From Antedon mediterranea (taxonomy: Eukaryota > Animalia > Echinodermata): a stretch of DNA of 64,000 nt. Under the pieces are notes generated by a model that had not been told where the DNA came from, did not search any database, and worked only from the letters and a program-made list of their open reading frames with translations. The DNA is taken from NCBI RefSeq assembly GCF_964355755.1, contig NC_092674.1, positions 19,158,001 through 19,222,000 of the forward strand. The letters are read 5' to 3'. Position 1 is the first letter of the stretch. Every line of letters begins with the position of its first letter. Of this stretch, positions 52,540 to 64,000 are shown one piece after another. A program made the position numbers and the translations under genes.

Positions 52540-52760
52540 AAGGATAAAAGATCGGCGAAAAATTATGTAGCATATTCTGACACCATTTTGTGTTTGAAAT
52601 TAGATTTAAAACTAGAAAAGGAAGATTTCTGTTGAGAGTGAAGTCCAAAGTTTGGGACCAAAATAATAAATAGAAGATCGTCGAGCCTTAACATTTAAAT
52701 TATCAAAGATATAATTGGTTACAGAGGTTCTGGTTTTATAGGAATCTAACTGTTTTGGCA
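52540..52760 (-). mobile_element. L2/CR1-like LINE 3'-end relic
   Basis: ARRSSIYYFGPKLWTSL resembles the conserved C-terminal SI.Y.GPK.WN.L motif. Confidence 0.55.
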
Positions 52761-53164
52761 GGCGTTTATCGCTTTGATGTTTAGTCCGTAACACACTACA
52801 TTTTATTGTAAGGAAAATCCCTGGATTGTGTCACGGTCACCAAACGTGCTGGAGAACAACAGGCCCATGAAGGTTTCTCGTCTCATCTTCTACCACCACA
52901 TACAAATTATCCGACCATTGACGTTTCATTATATTAGTTTAATTAGTATAATTATGATTATAAACAATCATATTTTTACAATAATGGTAATTTTAAAAAG
53001 GTCATCCCTCTCACCTGTAATAAAATAAATGAAATATATAACTAGATTTAATTCGTCACTATGACGAATTTAATAGAGTATATGCATTGATTTAAATAAA
53101 GATAATAGATTTTTAAAAGATATATTGATTGATTGATTTTCTCAGAATCTTTAATTATTTATAA

Positions 53165-54135
53165 TAATATGATAGGATCTTGTTTACGCAAATACAATAG
53201 CCGGTATCACAATCCCTCTGCGTATAATGTCATAAACCACATTTTTTACATAAAGACATAAAATACTTTTTATCTAGATTTCATTATAAATCATGTGTAT
53301 AATCTATACACTAAAAAATACAATTGAACAAACAATACGGATAATAAAAAAAATCTTATTTCGTTTCGTTTCCCAAGGTGAGACTCGAACTCGGTACCTT
53401 GAATGCTATAAACAGGAGCAAAGACCACCGAGCCATACACAACTGACTAAAAGTTATGGAAAGTTTCCTCTGTGTACTTACTATGCAGTAACCACTTTGG
53501 TGCAGATAGATTATTACATACCGCAATGAATTATAATGTTTTACTATGACATCTTTAAAAATTGAAAAAAATGATGCACTGTTAAACTATATACTTTTAA
53601 CTTTAATATATGAAGTTAATGTTAAGTTTGTTATTTCGGCCTAAGAAAATGTTATAATTTGTTTGATTGTTGAAATTCATTTTTAAAATTTAATATGCCA
53701 TTAATGATGACTTAATCAACTTTTGTTCTCTTAATTTCATAATAAATCATACGATACATACACTTCAAGAAAATGAAATAAAAAAAAAGATGTTTTAAAC
53801 GCTTAAAATTGCCTGAAACGTACTCTAATTTCATCGAAAATAAATTTTGACAATTTTGAACATTTTAAGGGCGCGTACACATGCGTTATACGCGCTACGC
53901 ACGTAATTGTATTGCCATATGATGAAATATGACCCGAAATTTATGAGTACCAAATTTTGTTTAAAAGTGATTCATGCTTGTGAAGATATGATTACAAACG
54001 TGATTTCGTTAAATCGTGCGTAGACCGCGTAATTTTTGATTGTGCACCGTGAAAACCTAACCACATCGATTCTTGGCAAGTAAGGAATATACTCTGAAAA
54101 ATTTACTTAGCTAGATGAAACTGATGCCAAGATAT
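53165..54135 (-). mobile_element. HINE-like repeat, long copy
   Basis: 53795-54130 is the reverse complement of the 13290-13620 body. The whole block matches 60510-61460 in inverted orientation. Confidence 0.75.
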
Positions 54136-54599
54136 TGGTAAGGAAAGGATAAATAAATAAATAAAGATCCTGACAGAATCAAGAGGTTATATGCATATCA
54201 TGTTTAACCTACAGTAACCTAATAAATAAATAAAGATCCTGACAGAATCAAGAGGTTATATGCATGATAATATAATAAATATAATAATAATAAATAATAT
54301 AATAAAATATCCAGGCGGTAAAAGTAGACCTACATAATATAAAAACGATCACGATGTATAATAAATGATCACGAAAATGTATTTAGGCCTAGGCCTAGTG
54401 CGCCAAATACAAAATTGCGACTAAAGAAAAACGCAATCGGCATTATAAAAAAAAAGCGTAGTGGTGGTGCGCGCCAAAACAAATTCCAAAAGTTGGTTTT
54501 ATTGCGACCAAAATTAAACGTGATCGATTTGAGCCCGATCGTCTTACAATGGGCCCGATCGTCTGTGGTTCCGATCGTCTGAACCACAGACCGATAGTA

Positions 54600-55500
54600 G
54601 GTCAGGCCTAGGCTAGCAGCCTAGCTGAAGCAGGAGGAGGCCCTACTATCTAGTAGGCTAGTAGAAGGCCTAGGCCCTACTAGCTAGCTAGGCTAGCTTA
54701 CTTACTTAGGCTAGGTAGGCCTCTAGAAAAAAGAGAGGCCTACTAGGCCTAACTAGCTAGTCCAGCCGGATGCCGTCTAGCCTAGATAGGCTAGGCCTAG
54801 GCTAGTACTCTAGGCCTAGGTCTGTAACTGTCTGTGAATGGATATGTCTAGACTATCCTACTAAAGTTAACTTTAGTTAAAGTTAAGCAATAATTCTTAT
54901 CGATACCTGTTTAATTTACATTATTTAAAATTTGCGAATTCTAATAAATGAATCAGCAATATGCAATATGGCAAAAAAGAACAACAATGTAACGCCCTCA
55001 ATTTAGGCAGAGTGTGTATGTGTAGGAAAGTTTTGCAAACAACAAACCAGCAACCCCTATTTTTAGCCAATCACAAGCAACATTTTAGAGGAAGAAAAAC
55101 ACATAACACTGGCAAAAATTCCCGCGAAATAAATAAGCCAAAGAAAGGCTATACGCAGCTTAAACACAACAACGTTGCGACAAGTAAAACGCATCAAAAT
55201 AGTAAAATATGACATTGGTTTAGAGGCTAAAAGGTACAGCAGTTAATATATGAACACATTTTTTAGGTATAGGTCTAGGCCTAAGACTAGGAGGTAGGCA
55301 GGCAGGGAGGGGGCCTCTAGACTAGCCGGCTAGCCTAGGCCTACTAGTACTACTAGCTAGTAGGCTATGCCGGCCTAGCCTACTAGATAGAGGCCAACAA
55401 GAGGAGGTTAGTAGCCTAGTACTTAGTAGTAGTAGTTGGTCCTAGCTACTGTAGTAATAATCTATATTAGTAGGCCTAGGCCTAGGCCTAGTACTAGTAG
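54600..55500. promoter_or_regulatory. Putative bidirectional UFD1/CDC45 promoter
   Basis: Core 54900-55260 flanked by CTAG/TAGGCCTA low-complexity tracts. It contains CCAAT (55067; ATTGG 55214), E2F-like TTCCCGCGAAA (55119-55129) and TATCGATA (54898-54905). Candidate donors at 54906 (-) and 55234 or 55267 (+). Both ATG exons have acceptors, implying noncoding first exons. Confidence 0.65.
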
Positions 55501-55604
55501 TATTTAAATCGATATACAACGAATATATTTATAACTCATCCACAAAATAATGATTGATTTCAAACGCGACCGATATATTGTCAAAACTAAGTATAGCGCT
55601 GTCT

Positions 55605-56118
55605 GTAGGATTCAGGGACGATTCGGCCCGGGACTATTCGGCCCACTTATGGGCCGAAACATTCCACTTTGTGGGCCGAAACGTCTCACTTTAGACCAAA
55701 TTCATCAAGTTTTTAAAGGTGTTTACACGTATTTTATTGATATTGACATATTGATATAATATAATAATTTACTAAAAAAACGTAATTTTATATTAAATTT
55801 ATTACTTCGAAAACCTTGTTTATTTCGTGCATTCGCCAAGCGGCCAACAGAGGGCGTAACTTGTTTACATCGTTTGCTTGACTAAAAAATGATCATTTTC
55901 GACAGTGTTTTCAAAATGTTTGCTTTATTGCATCTTTATCCCTAGTAGTAGTGCTACCCTATAGTCTCTCAGAAAATAAAGTTTGGGGAAAAAAGGCTTA
56001 TTTTATGCTTATAAATGCATGTCAAAGTCGATAAATGTAAGTGTGCCAAATCGTCTCAGGGCCTACAGTAATAGTCCCGGGCCAAATCGTCTCAGTGCCG
56101 AATCGTCCCGCTACCTAC
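55605..56118. mobile_element. MITE with subterminal repeats
   Basis: GGGACGATTCGGC...GCCGAATCGTCCC inverted ends with repeated ttcggccc/gggcc motifs. Confidence 0.65.
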
Positions 56119-56220
56119 TGTAGCAGCACGCCATACAAAATGGAAGTTAAAGTTGATTTTATAGTCTAGCTAGCATCTCTACGCTAGCCGGGATGCGAAA
56201 ATTTGTTTCTCAATCTCATG

Positions 56221-57825
56221 TACTTTTTGTTATAAACTGAGTCATACATCCTATTTCAGATATTTTTAATTTGATTGGACAGTTTCAGTTTTGCATTTCA
56301 TTTTTATCTTTTTCTTCAACAACTAAGACCCCATTTACACTTCAGCTTTTAGCGAGCCCGAGGCCGGCTCCGAGCCAAAAGTACACAAGTGTAAACACTC
56401 TGGGAACAACCGAGCCGGCTCAATTTTTAGCCTAGTCTAGAGTAGGCTTCGGGCCGGCAATTGCGGGCTTCGGGCCGGCACTTCGTATAGTGTAAACACT
56501 CGCGGTCATAAAATGAACGTTCTGGGTCAACCATAGTTTAAAGTTTACGAAACTTATTGCTGATGAACGGGAATTCTTCATTGAAATTAAATTGGTGAAG
56601 ATGTATACGCCTTTTTTCACGAAACGGAAGACATCTTCAATCGATGACAAACAATGCCGTGCAACGAAGCGTAACCAACAGAAATAACATAGCGTTTTCA
56701 GGGGATTTCAGGACACCATGCGGCTCCTATGCTTATACACTGTGGTGTTTTTTTTTCGATGGCCTTGAAGTGAAAACAAAATTTTTTTTTTTCAATCACA
56801 CAGTTATGTAGACTAATCTTTAAAGACCATTTTACAGTAAAAATGTTGTCCATACGGCTGTCCGTTGAGGAGTTACGAATTAACGGAGTAACTTGTCCTC
56901 AGAAAATAGGCTGAAAACGCTATGTTATTTCTGTTGGTTACGCTTCGTTGCACGGCATTGTTTGTCATCGATCGAAAATGTCTTCTGTTTCGCGAAAAAG
57001 GCGTATTGATCTACTACTATTCTTCAGAAAACGAGACGCAAACATTAGTAGTAAAGCAATAATACAATTGTTTTGATCCATATTAAATACCATTATTTGA
57101 TTCTTTTTTGCTCAATTTCGATAGGCCTAGGCCTAGTGTAAATCGACAACGTTTAATAATATTAACTTTTTAAGACGGTTGGTGGGCGCACATGAGCGGA
57201 TATGACGTGAATGTAGCGAAATCGTATCATCGAGCACTCTTCCGCGAGAGCAAGTGTAAACACAATAGTAGGGGCCCGAGGCCGTCTTTTTGGGTAAGTG
57301 TAAACCCATTGCGGGCTAAAAAGAAAGCCGGCTTGGGGCCGGCTAAGAAATCGTCGATGAAGTGTAAATGGGGTCTAATTCATCTTTTTAAAGTGTGAAC
57401 AATTGAGCAACTAATGATGATATGACTGTAATAAATGAATTAATAAAAATGATTAAAACGTGTGGGGTTTGTAATTTAAAACAGCCAGCAACACAACGTC
57501 TTGACAACAACAAATTTAGCTAGAGTGTTAATAACGTCTTAAAATCAGATTATATTCAGGACTGAAATGTTTAAAACCATCTTTACTAAAATGTTATGTT
57601 ATAGCAGATGTATTGTAATGTTATAACAACATTGTATAATTTTGTGACGTTATTGTTAACACTTTAGCTGAATTCGTTTTGTCAAAACGTTGTGTTGCAT
57701 ATTTGCCATTAATTAGTTTAAAAAAAAAGATTATTTATTAAATTAAATGAGACCAAAAACTGAAAATGTTTGATCTAATAAAAATATCTGAAATAGGATG
57801 TATGCCTCAGTTTATGACAAAAAAT
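56221..57825. mobile_element. Nested MITEs: outer palindromic MITE containing a Harbinger MITE (56327-57375, TAA TSD) that contains another inverted repeat (56606-57005)
   Basis: Outer ataaactgagtcatacatcctatttcagata vs tatctgaaataggatgtatgcctcagtttat. Inner GACCCCATTTACACT...AGTGTAAATGGGGTC flanked by TAA. Innermost arms about 95 bp. Confidence 0.75.
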
Positions 57826-58904
57826 TATGTGTATCCAGACGTTAATTAGTATACTGGCATTCCGGGCCTTCCTTGTTTAAATACTTTTAGTAGGCTACTT
57901 CCTAGATATCTTAAAACCTACAGTAACCCTCTAAATAATCTCTCTCTCACTACAGTATATAAAGTAAAAAGAAGATTCCAACCCCATACATCGCAGGGAC
58001 AAATTTCATTTTGTAATTTTGTTTAGCAAAATTGCTAATCAAACTGATTTTTGAGTCAAGAAACATAGTTTTGTATTTTATTTTTTGCTACACAATTTTA
58101 GAAATGTGTAGCAATATTGTTGTTTTGTATAGCTTTTTGCTATGCTACACTGGCGAAATTATTCCCTGCATCGACAAGCAAAGTTGAGTCTAATTAATTT
58201 GAATACACAGAAAGTGTTTGTGTTACTGTATGCGCAATTTGAATGAAGGATTTCCTTACGCAATTTGAATCAAAATACTCCCCTTTTTACACTATCGACT
58301 GAGAGAAGAGCAAGCGTTGAACTTGGAGGCAATTTCCATTTACACTAGCCAAAAAAACTGCGAGATGAACTTGAGTTGCGCCCATTTACACTACATCAAT
58401 CACCCCGGTGCTGTCAATCAAATCAGATCAAATTTTTCAATAATTAGGCCTACATAGAATTGGCCAGGGAAGAGTTGCACCAATATTACATTATTTTAGG
58501 CTTTTTGGTATTAATGCACACGAACAATTTCAATATTTTCAGCAGAAAAGAAAAATCACAAATGTTTTTGTGCCTTTAAAAGAAAATAACGAACATCACA
58601 ATATATCAGACAATTATTATTTTAAGCAAAAAAAAATGTATTTTAAGTATTTCTTTGACAAAGGCTTCCCCTTTTATGCCTACTAGGCCTACTACTATGT
58701 TGGAAGAACTGTCTACTTTTCAGTGGGAATAACTGGTTCTTCCCCGATATGATTTGTATTAACGAATTTTGGCAAAAATAGAAAGAGCCGTCTAAACTAC
58801 TGTACTTTTATGATACAAAATTATATCATTACCTGTTAAAATTAACTTACCATTGGTCTATATTAATTTTATTTTTTTATAGTCATCAATTAGAAGTTTC
58901 AAAG

Positions 58905-60239
58905 ATGTTGATTTCGGATCTTCGAAAAGAGTTTTATGATGTGATACTGCATAAGGTAATTTACCCCAAGAATTTATTTATATTAAATCTAGTCACTGTA
59001 TTTTTATTGTTTTTTTTAAATACTTTTTTGGTATGTACAGTAATGAAAAGTAATTATTAATAATAATATGTTTTTTTATTCTTTATTACAGCATGTATTA
59101 TTGATGGTAGCATTTGATGTTGATGCACTATGTGCATGTAAGATTTTGATTTCCTTATTCCAATGTGATAGTGTTCATTATACGTTGGTACCTGTTAGTG
59201 GTCAACAAGATCTTGAACGAGCATTTCTGGAACATTCAGAGCAGGTAAAAATAAGTTGTTAATATAATGTTTCATTCTATATGGAAATTTGTTTATCGTA
59301 TATTATCGTATTTCCACGGGTATTATAGTCCCACTAAAGTATAAGGGCCTAAGCTGCGGTTGCCTGGTCTGGTAAAAAAAATTACCAATTTTTTTTATTT
59401 TGGTTATTGTACTATTGTTCTGGTTTCGATTTAATTGCTGCATTCTTGTTTATTGCCGTTAAAAAAAACTTCACTGAGTAACTTGAGCATGTGCATGCAT
59501 TTTTCTTTTATGAGGCCTTGTTTTAATGGGAATTTTGCATCATCAAATTGAAAACATGATTCATACTTTGTGCCCTGGTAGCTTCAACTAAGCCTGGACC
59601 GTTTACAAGGGCTGTATTAGCATGATGTACAACCAACCATTTGTATGCTAGAGTAAAGTCTAATTTCTACACCGGAATATAGCTTTAGATACCTGGGTTT
59701 TGGATTGTAGAGAAATTGTTCAAATGAAACAATTTTGCAGAACCAAAGCACAGGGAAATCCCCTGTATAGTCATAATGTACCTCTCAAATTCGGAAAACA
59801 TTTTGTGTGCAAGAGGATTTACTACTAGTACAATATCATTACATGATGTAACCAATTACTATATTATGAGCTGCAATATTAAATTTCAACATTCTTATAA
59901 ATCTTGTAGTTTATTGTAATACAGTGTATATATTACTGTATTTAAAAACCATTATATTTGTTTATCATGATGCACTGGTTATCAACTTTTTAAGTAAAGA
60001 ATATTAGCCACTCCTGGTTTGGATTAGATATTGCTCTTTGATTTGTTGGTATGTCATGTATTATTCTCTCTCATTTCCTATTATTTTGCTTATTTTTATA
60101 GATTAAACATGTTGTTCTGATAAACTGTGGTGCTAACATAAACCTTTTGGATGTTCTTCAACCAGAAGATGATGTCACATTCTTTGTATGTGACAGTCAC
60201 AGACCCATTGATCTTGTTAATGTTTATAATGACACCCAG
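58905..60239 (+). CDS. CDC45: Cell division control protein 45, first three coding exons (gene continues beyond the window)
   Basis: Exons 58905-58955 ([17 protein letters not shown]), 59092-59244 ([19 protein letters not shown]...YTLVPVSG) and 60102-60239 ([41 protein letters not shown]). All phase 0, GT-AG. Confidence 0.97.
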
Positions 60240-60509
60240 GTATTAAAGCTTTCATTGAAATACAATTTACACATTTTATGATGTGTGAAATCCACATGAG
60301 CCTGGCAGTTTTTAAACATACTTTTACTATTATTACCCAGAAAATTAAGGTTTCTCCCCCCCCCCCTCCCATTGCACATCATTTTGGCCGTTTATTTATT
60401 TATCAAAACAATGAAGATGAACTAAACCTTATTATAGAATGGTTAACCTTAATGATTCTGTCAGAATCTTTATTTCTTTATTTATTCTTTCCTTAGCACT
60501 ATTTTGTCC

Positions 60510-61460
60510 GTGAATTATCTTGATATCAGTTTCATCTAGCTAAGTCAATTTTTCAGAGTATATTCCTTATGGTCAGGAATCGATGTTACATAGAAATTAC
60601 ATGGTCTATGCACGATTTAACTGAATCACGTTTGTAATCATATCTTCACAAACATGTATCATAATTTGGTACTCATCAATTTCATGTCATATTTTATCAT
60701 GGCAATACAATTATGTGCACACACTTACATTTTTAAAAGTTGTCAACATTTATTTTCAATGAAATTAGAGTACGTCTCAGGCAATTTTAAGCATTTAAAC
60801 AATTTCCATGAGTGTGCATATTTTTGCACGCGTACTGTGCTTAAAACATTGATACGCACTCGTTTTCCCTGATTTCAGTTTTAAAACCTTTCTTAACATT
60901 CTTTTTAGCATTTCATTTTCTTAAAGTGTATGTACTATCATATGTATGTTTTATTATAAAATTAAGAGAAAAAAGGTTGATTACAACATTATTAATTGCA
61001 TATTAAATGAAAAAAATTATAATTTCGACAATCTGGGGCCGAAATAAACAAACTTAACATTAACCTTCTTCTTTAAAATGTTCATATAATATTAAAGTTA
61101 AAATATATACTTTACCAGTGCATCATTTAAAAAAATGTTTAATGATGTCATCTTAGTCAAAAATTATGATGATTATGATATGTATATTTCTATCTGTACC
61201 AAAGTTGTTTCTGCATAGAAAAATACACGGAGGAATCTTTCTTCAGCGTTTATTCAGTTGTGTATGGCTCGGTGGTCTGTGCTCGCGTCTTGGGTGACCG
61301 TCTATAGCATTCAAGGTACCGAGATCGGGTACATTATACATGAGAAAAAATAACTCATGTAATGTAACAAATGTAAAATGTGGTTTATGATGCAGAGGGA
61401 TGATCTTTGATCGGATTGTGGTACTGGCTATTGTATTTGCGATAGCAAGATCCTATCTTC
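60510..61460 (+). mobile_element. HINE-like repeat, long copy
   Basis: Same family as 13175, 19158 and 53165 (tatcttgatatcagttt..ctagctaagtcaattttt). Confidence 0.75.
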
Positions 61461-61469
61461 ATATATTAT

Positions 61470-64000
61470 AAACTAGCAATTATACCCGCCCCAGGGCGGG
61501 TTTCCAATTTAGTATAAAACCGTCTCAATGAAAATCCGATTAATTTGATGAACCTCATAACCCCTGGATGCCAGTAACTCCCTATACTCACCAACTCAAT
61601 CACACCCAACACTCGGGTGATTCTTCCCAGTACAAATATTACTTCCAAGAACTTTAGCTTGATAATAGGAGGGCGGTACATAGCTGATAGGCATGGCTTA
61701 AGTACTTTGCAAACTGTGTAGATAAATAGGTGTCATATTGGCTAATGATTAAAATATCTAATTTTGATACCACTGACTTTCGATAGCCTAACCCTATCCC
61801 AGGGCGGGTTTCAAAATTAGTTTATCTCCCTATTCTTCCCAGTGCAGGTCAAATTCAATTCAACTTCAGCGTCTAAATGAGAGGGGTATACATAGCATAG
61901 TTGTAAACTGTGTAAATGAATAGGTGTCATATTGGCTGATAATTTCTCCTCTCACCATCCCAGCCACAATCAACAAACCTTAACTACTTCCCTGGACAGT
62001 TCAAATGTAGTAACTTTCCCTAGTACAATTCCAATCATATAGGCTACTTCATTCGGCCAGTATTTCCGCTCCTCCTCCCTCCCAACACACCCCAGATACT
62101 GGGAGATGTGTTTAAGACGGTTCCAGTACAAATAGGCTAGTCAATCTAGCATTTTGAGTGAAACAAATTGCAAACAGAGATTTTTTTTTTTTAAATGGTT
62201 ACATATGATAAGGTGATGCAAAGGTATGCAAATTAGCTTAAATATGCAAATTAGGGTGAAATTACAGGGTTACCATATCTTAAAAACTACTAATCGTAGA
62301 GAGTTCATTTTTGCACAGTCTGGTTCAGAATATATATATTTATATTTGCTCTAATGAGACATTTTACATAAAAATGTCCAGAAGTACCAAATTTTGACCC
62401 TTGACCCCATTTCTCAATATTTACATAAATATGTGATTAAAATGTCTGTAGAGACTTTATTTTGGACTCAATGACTTGGATATAGTTTTTCAATACCCAC
62501 CATAGAACTTTATTATAATTCCTAAAATCACAACTTCGTCACGCACCTCGAAAGTATGCAAATTAGTAGTACAAGTAATATTAAATATGCAAATTAGGGA
62601 GTGAAATTACAGCGTTGCCATATCTCGAAAACCGCTAATGCTAGAGTGTTGATTTTTTCACTAAAATATTTAAAATGTATATATTTATATTTGCTGTAAT
62701 GAGACATTTTACAAAAAAATTCCCGGAACTATGACATTTGACCCTCGACCCCATTTCTCAATATTGCATATAATGAAAACTAAAATGTCTGTAGAGACTT
62801 TGTTTTGCCCTCAAATGACTCGGATACAGGTTTCTAATAGCCAACATAGGAATGTTTAGTAAATCTCAAAATCACACCTGTATCACTCACCTTCAAAGTA
62901 TGCAAATTATTAGTACAAGTTACATGAAATATGCAAATTAGGGGGTGAAATTACAGGTTCCTATATGTATCGAAAACCGCTAAGGTAGAGAGTTGATTTT
63001 TTCAAAAACTTGTTAAGAATGTACATATTTATATTTGCTCTAATGAAACATTTTACGAAAAAATGACCGGAAATACAACAATTGACCCTTGACCCTATTT
63101 ATCAATGTTTGCATACATAATGCGACTAAAATGTCTGTAGATAATTTTTTTTGACTCAAATGACTCGGATACAGTTTTCCTATTGTCAGCATAGGACCTC
63201 TTTGTAATTCCCAAAATCACATCTTTGTCACATACCTTGAAAGTATGCAAATTATTAGTACAAGTTACATGAAATATGCAAATTAGGGGTGAAATTACAG
63301 TCTTCCCATATCTCGAAAACCATTAATGCTAGAGAGTTGATTTGAATTCAGAGTTGATTCAGAATGTACATATTTATATTCGCTGTAATGAAACATTTTA
63401 TGCAAAAATTGTCTTGATTGAATTATGACATTTGACCCTTGACCCTATTTCTCAATATTTTCATATAATTCAACTAAAATATCTGTACAGACTGTTTTGG
63501 CCTCAAATGACTCAGATACAGGTTTTCTATAGCCAGCATAGAACTGTAGTAATTCTCAAAATCACACCTTTGTTAATACTTCCCTAGAAAATATGCAAAT
63601 TAATAGTACAAGAGGTGAAAGTTGCCATATCTCTATCGGTCATTAGCGTTTTTCGAGATACATAAGGCTGTAATTTGCATATTTCATATAACTTGTACTA
63701 ATAATTTGCATACTTTCGAGTTGCTTGACTTTTGGAATTACTAAACGATCCTATACTGGCTATATAAAACCTGTATCCAAGTCATTTGAGGCCAAAACAA
63801 AGTATGTACATACATTTTAGTTGCATTATATGCAAATATTGAGAAATAGGTTCGAGGATCAAATGTCATACTTTCGATAATTTTTTTTTCAATAATGACC
63901 CAGATACAGGTTTTCTATAGCCAGAATAGAACTGTTTAGTAATTCTCAAAATCACACCTCTGTTACTTCGCTTGAAAGTATGCAAATCAGTAGTACAAGA
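61470..64000. mobile_element. Helentron-associated/satellite-bearing element with about 345-bp internal tandem units
   Basis: Start AAACTAG plus perfect hairpin ACCCGCCC-CA-GGGCGGGT (61484-61501). Diverged units marked by (aaag)tatgcaaatta at about 62222, 62551, 62895, 63240 and 63590. One inverted segment about 63640-63890. Confidence 0.7.

Overview
Eukaryotic, AT-rich, repeat-dense animal genomic DNA. A marine invertebrate, probably an echinoderm, is inferred from the TE spectrum and the CTAG/TAGGCCTA-rich promoter flanks. Host genes: a complete 10-coding-exon UFD1 (- strand, 40367-49524, 302 aa, one U12-type intron) lies head-to-head with the 5' part of CDC45 (+ strand, from 58905), as at human 22q11. 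A predicted 6-exon secreted single-EGF protein lies at 20509-22955 (- strand). The rest is mostly mobile DNA: a 182-bp satellite that flips strand to form a >6 kb palindrome (1-6127); an Academ DNA transposon inside an L1 fragment and carrying a Rex1/Babar piece; a tRNA-derived SINE; a Gypsy relic; Helentron/HINE copies; a 5'-truncated Tx1/L1 LINE with a 14-bp TSD, interrupted by a Sola3 transposon and itself inserted in one arm of an old inverted duplication; a very young non-autonomous LTR element in a UFD1 intron; and several VNTRs and MITEs. No prokaryotic features or CRISPR. All calls were made by reading and hand-translating the sequence; no searches were run.
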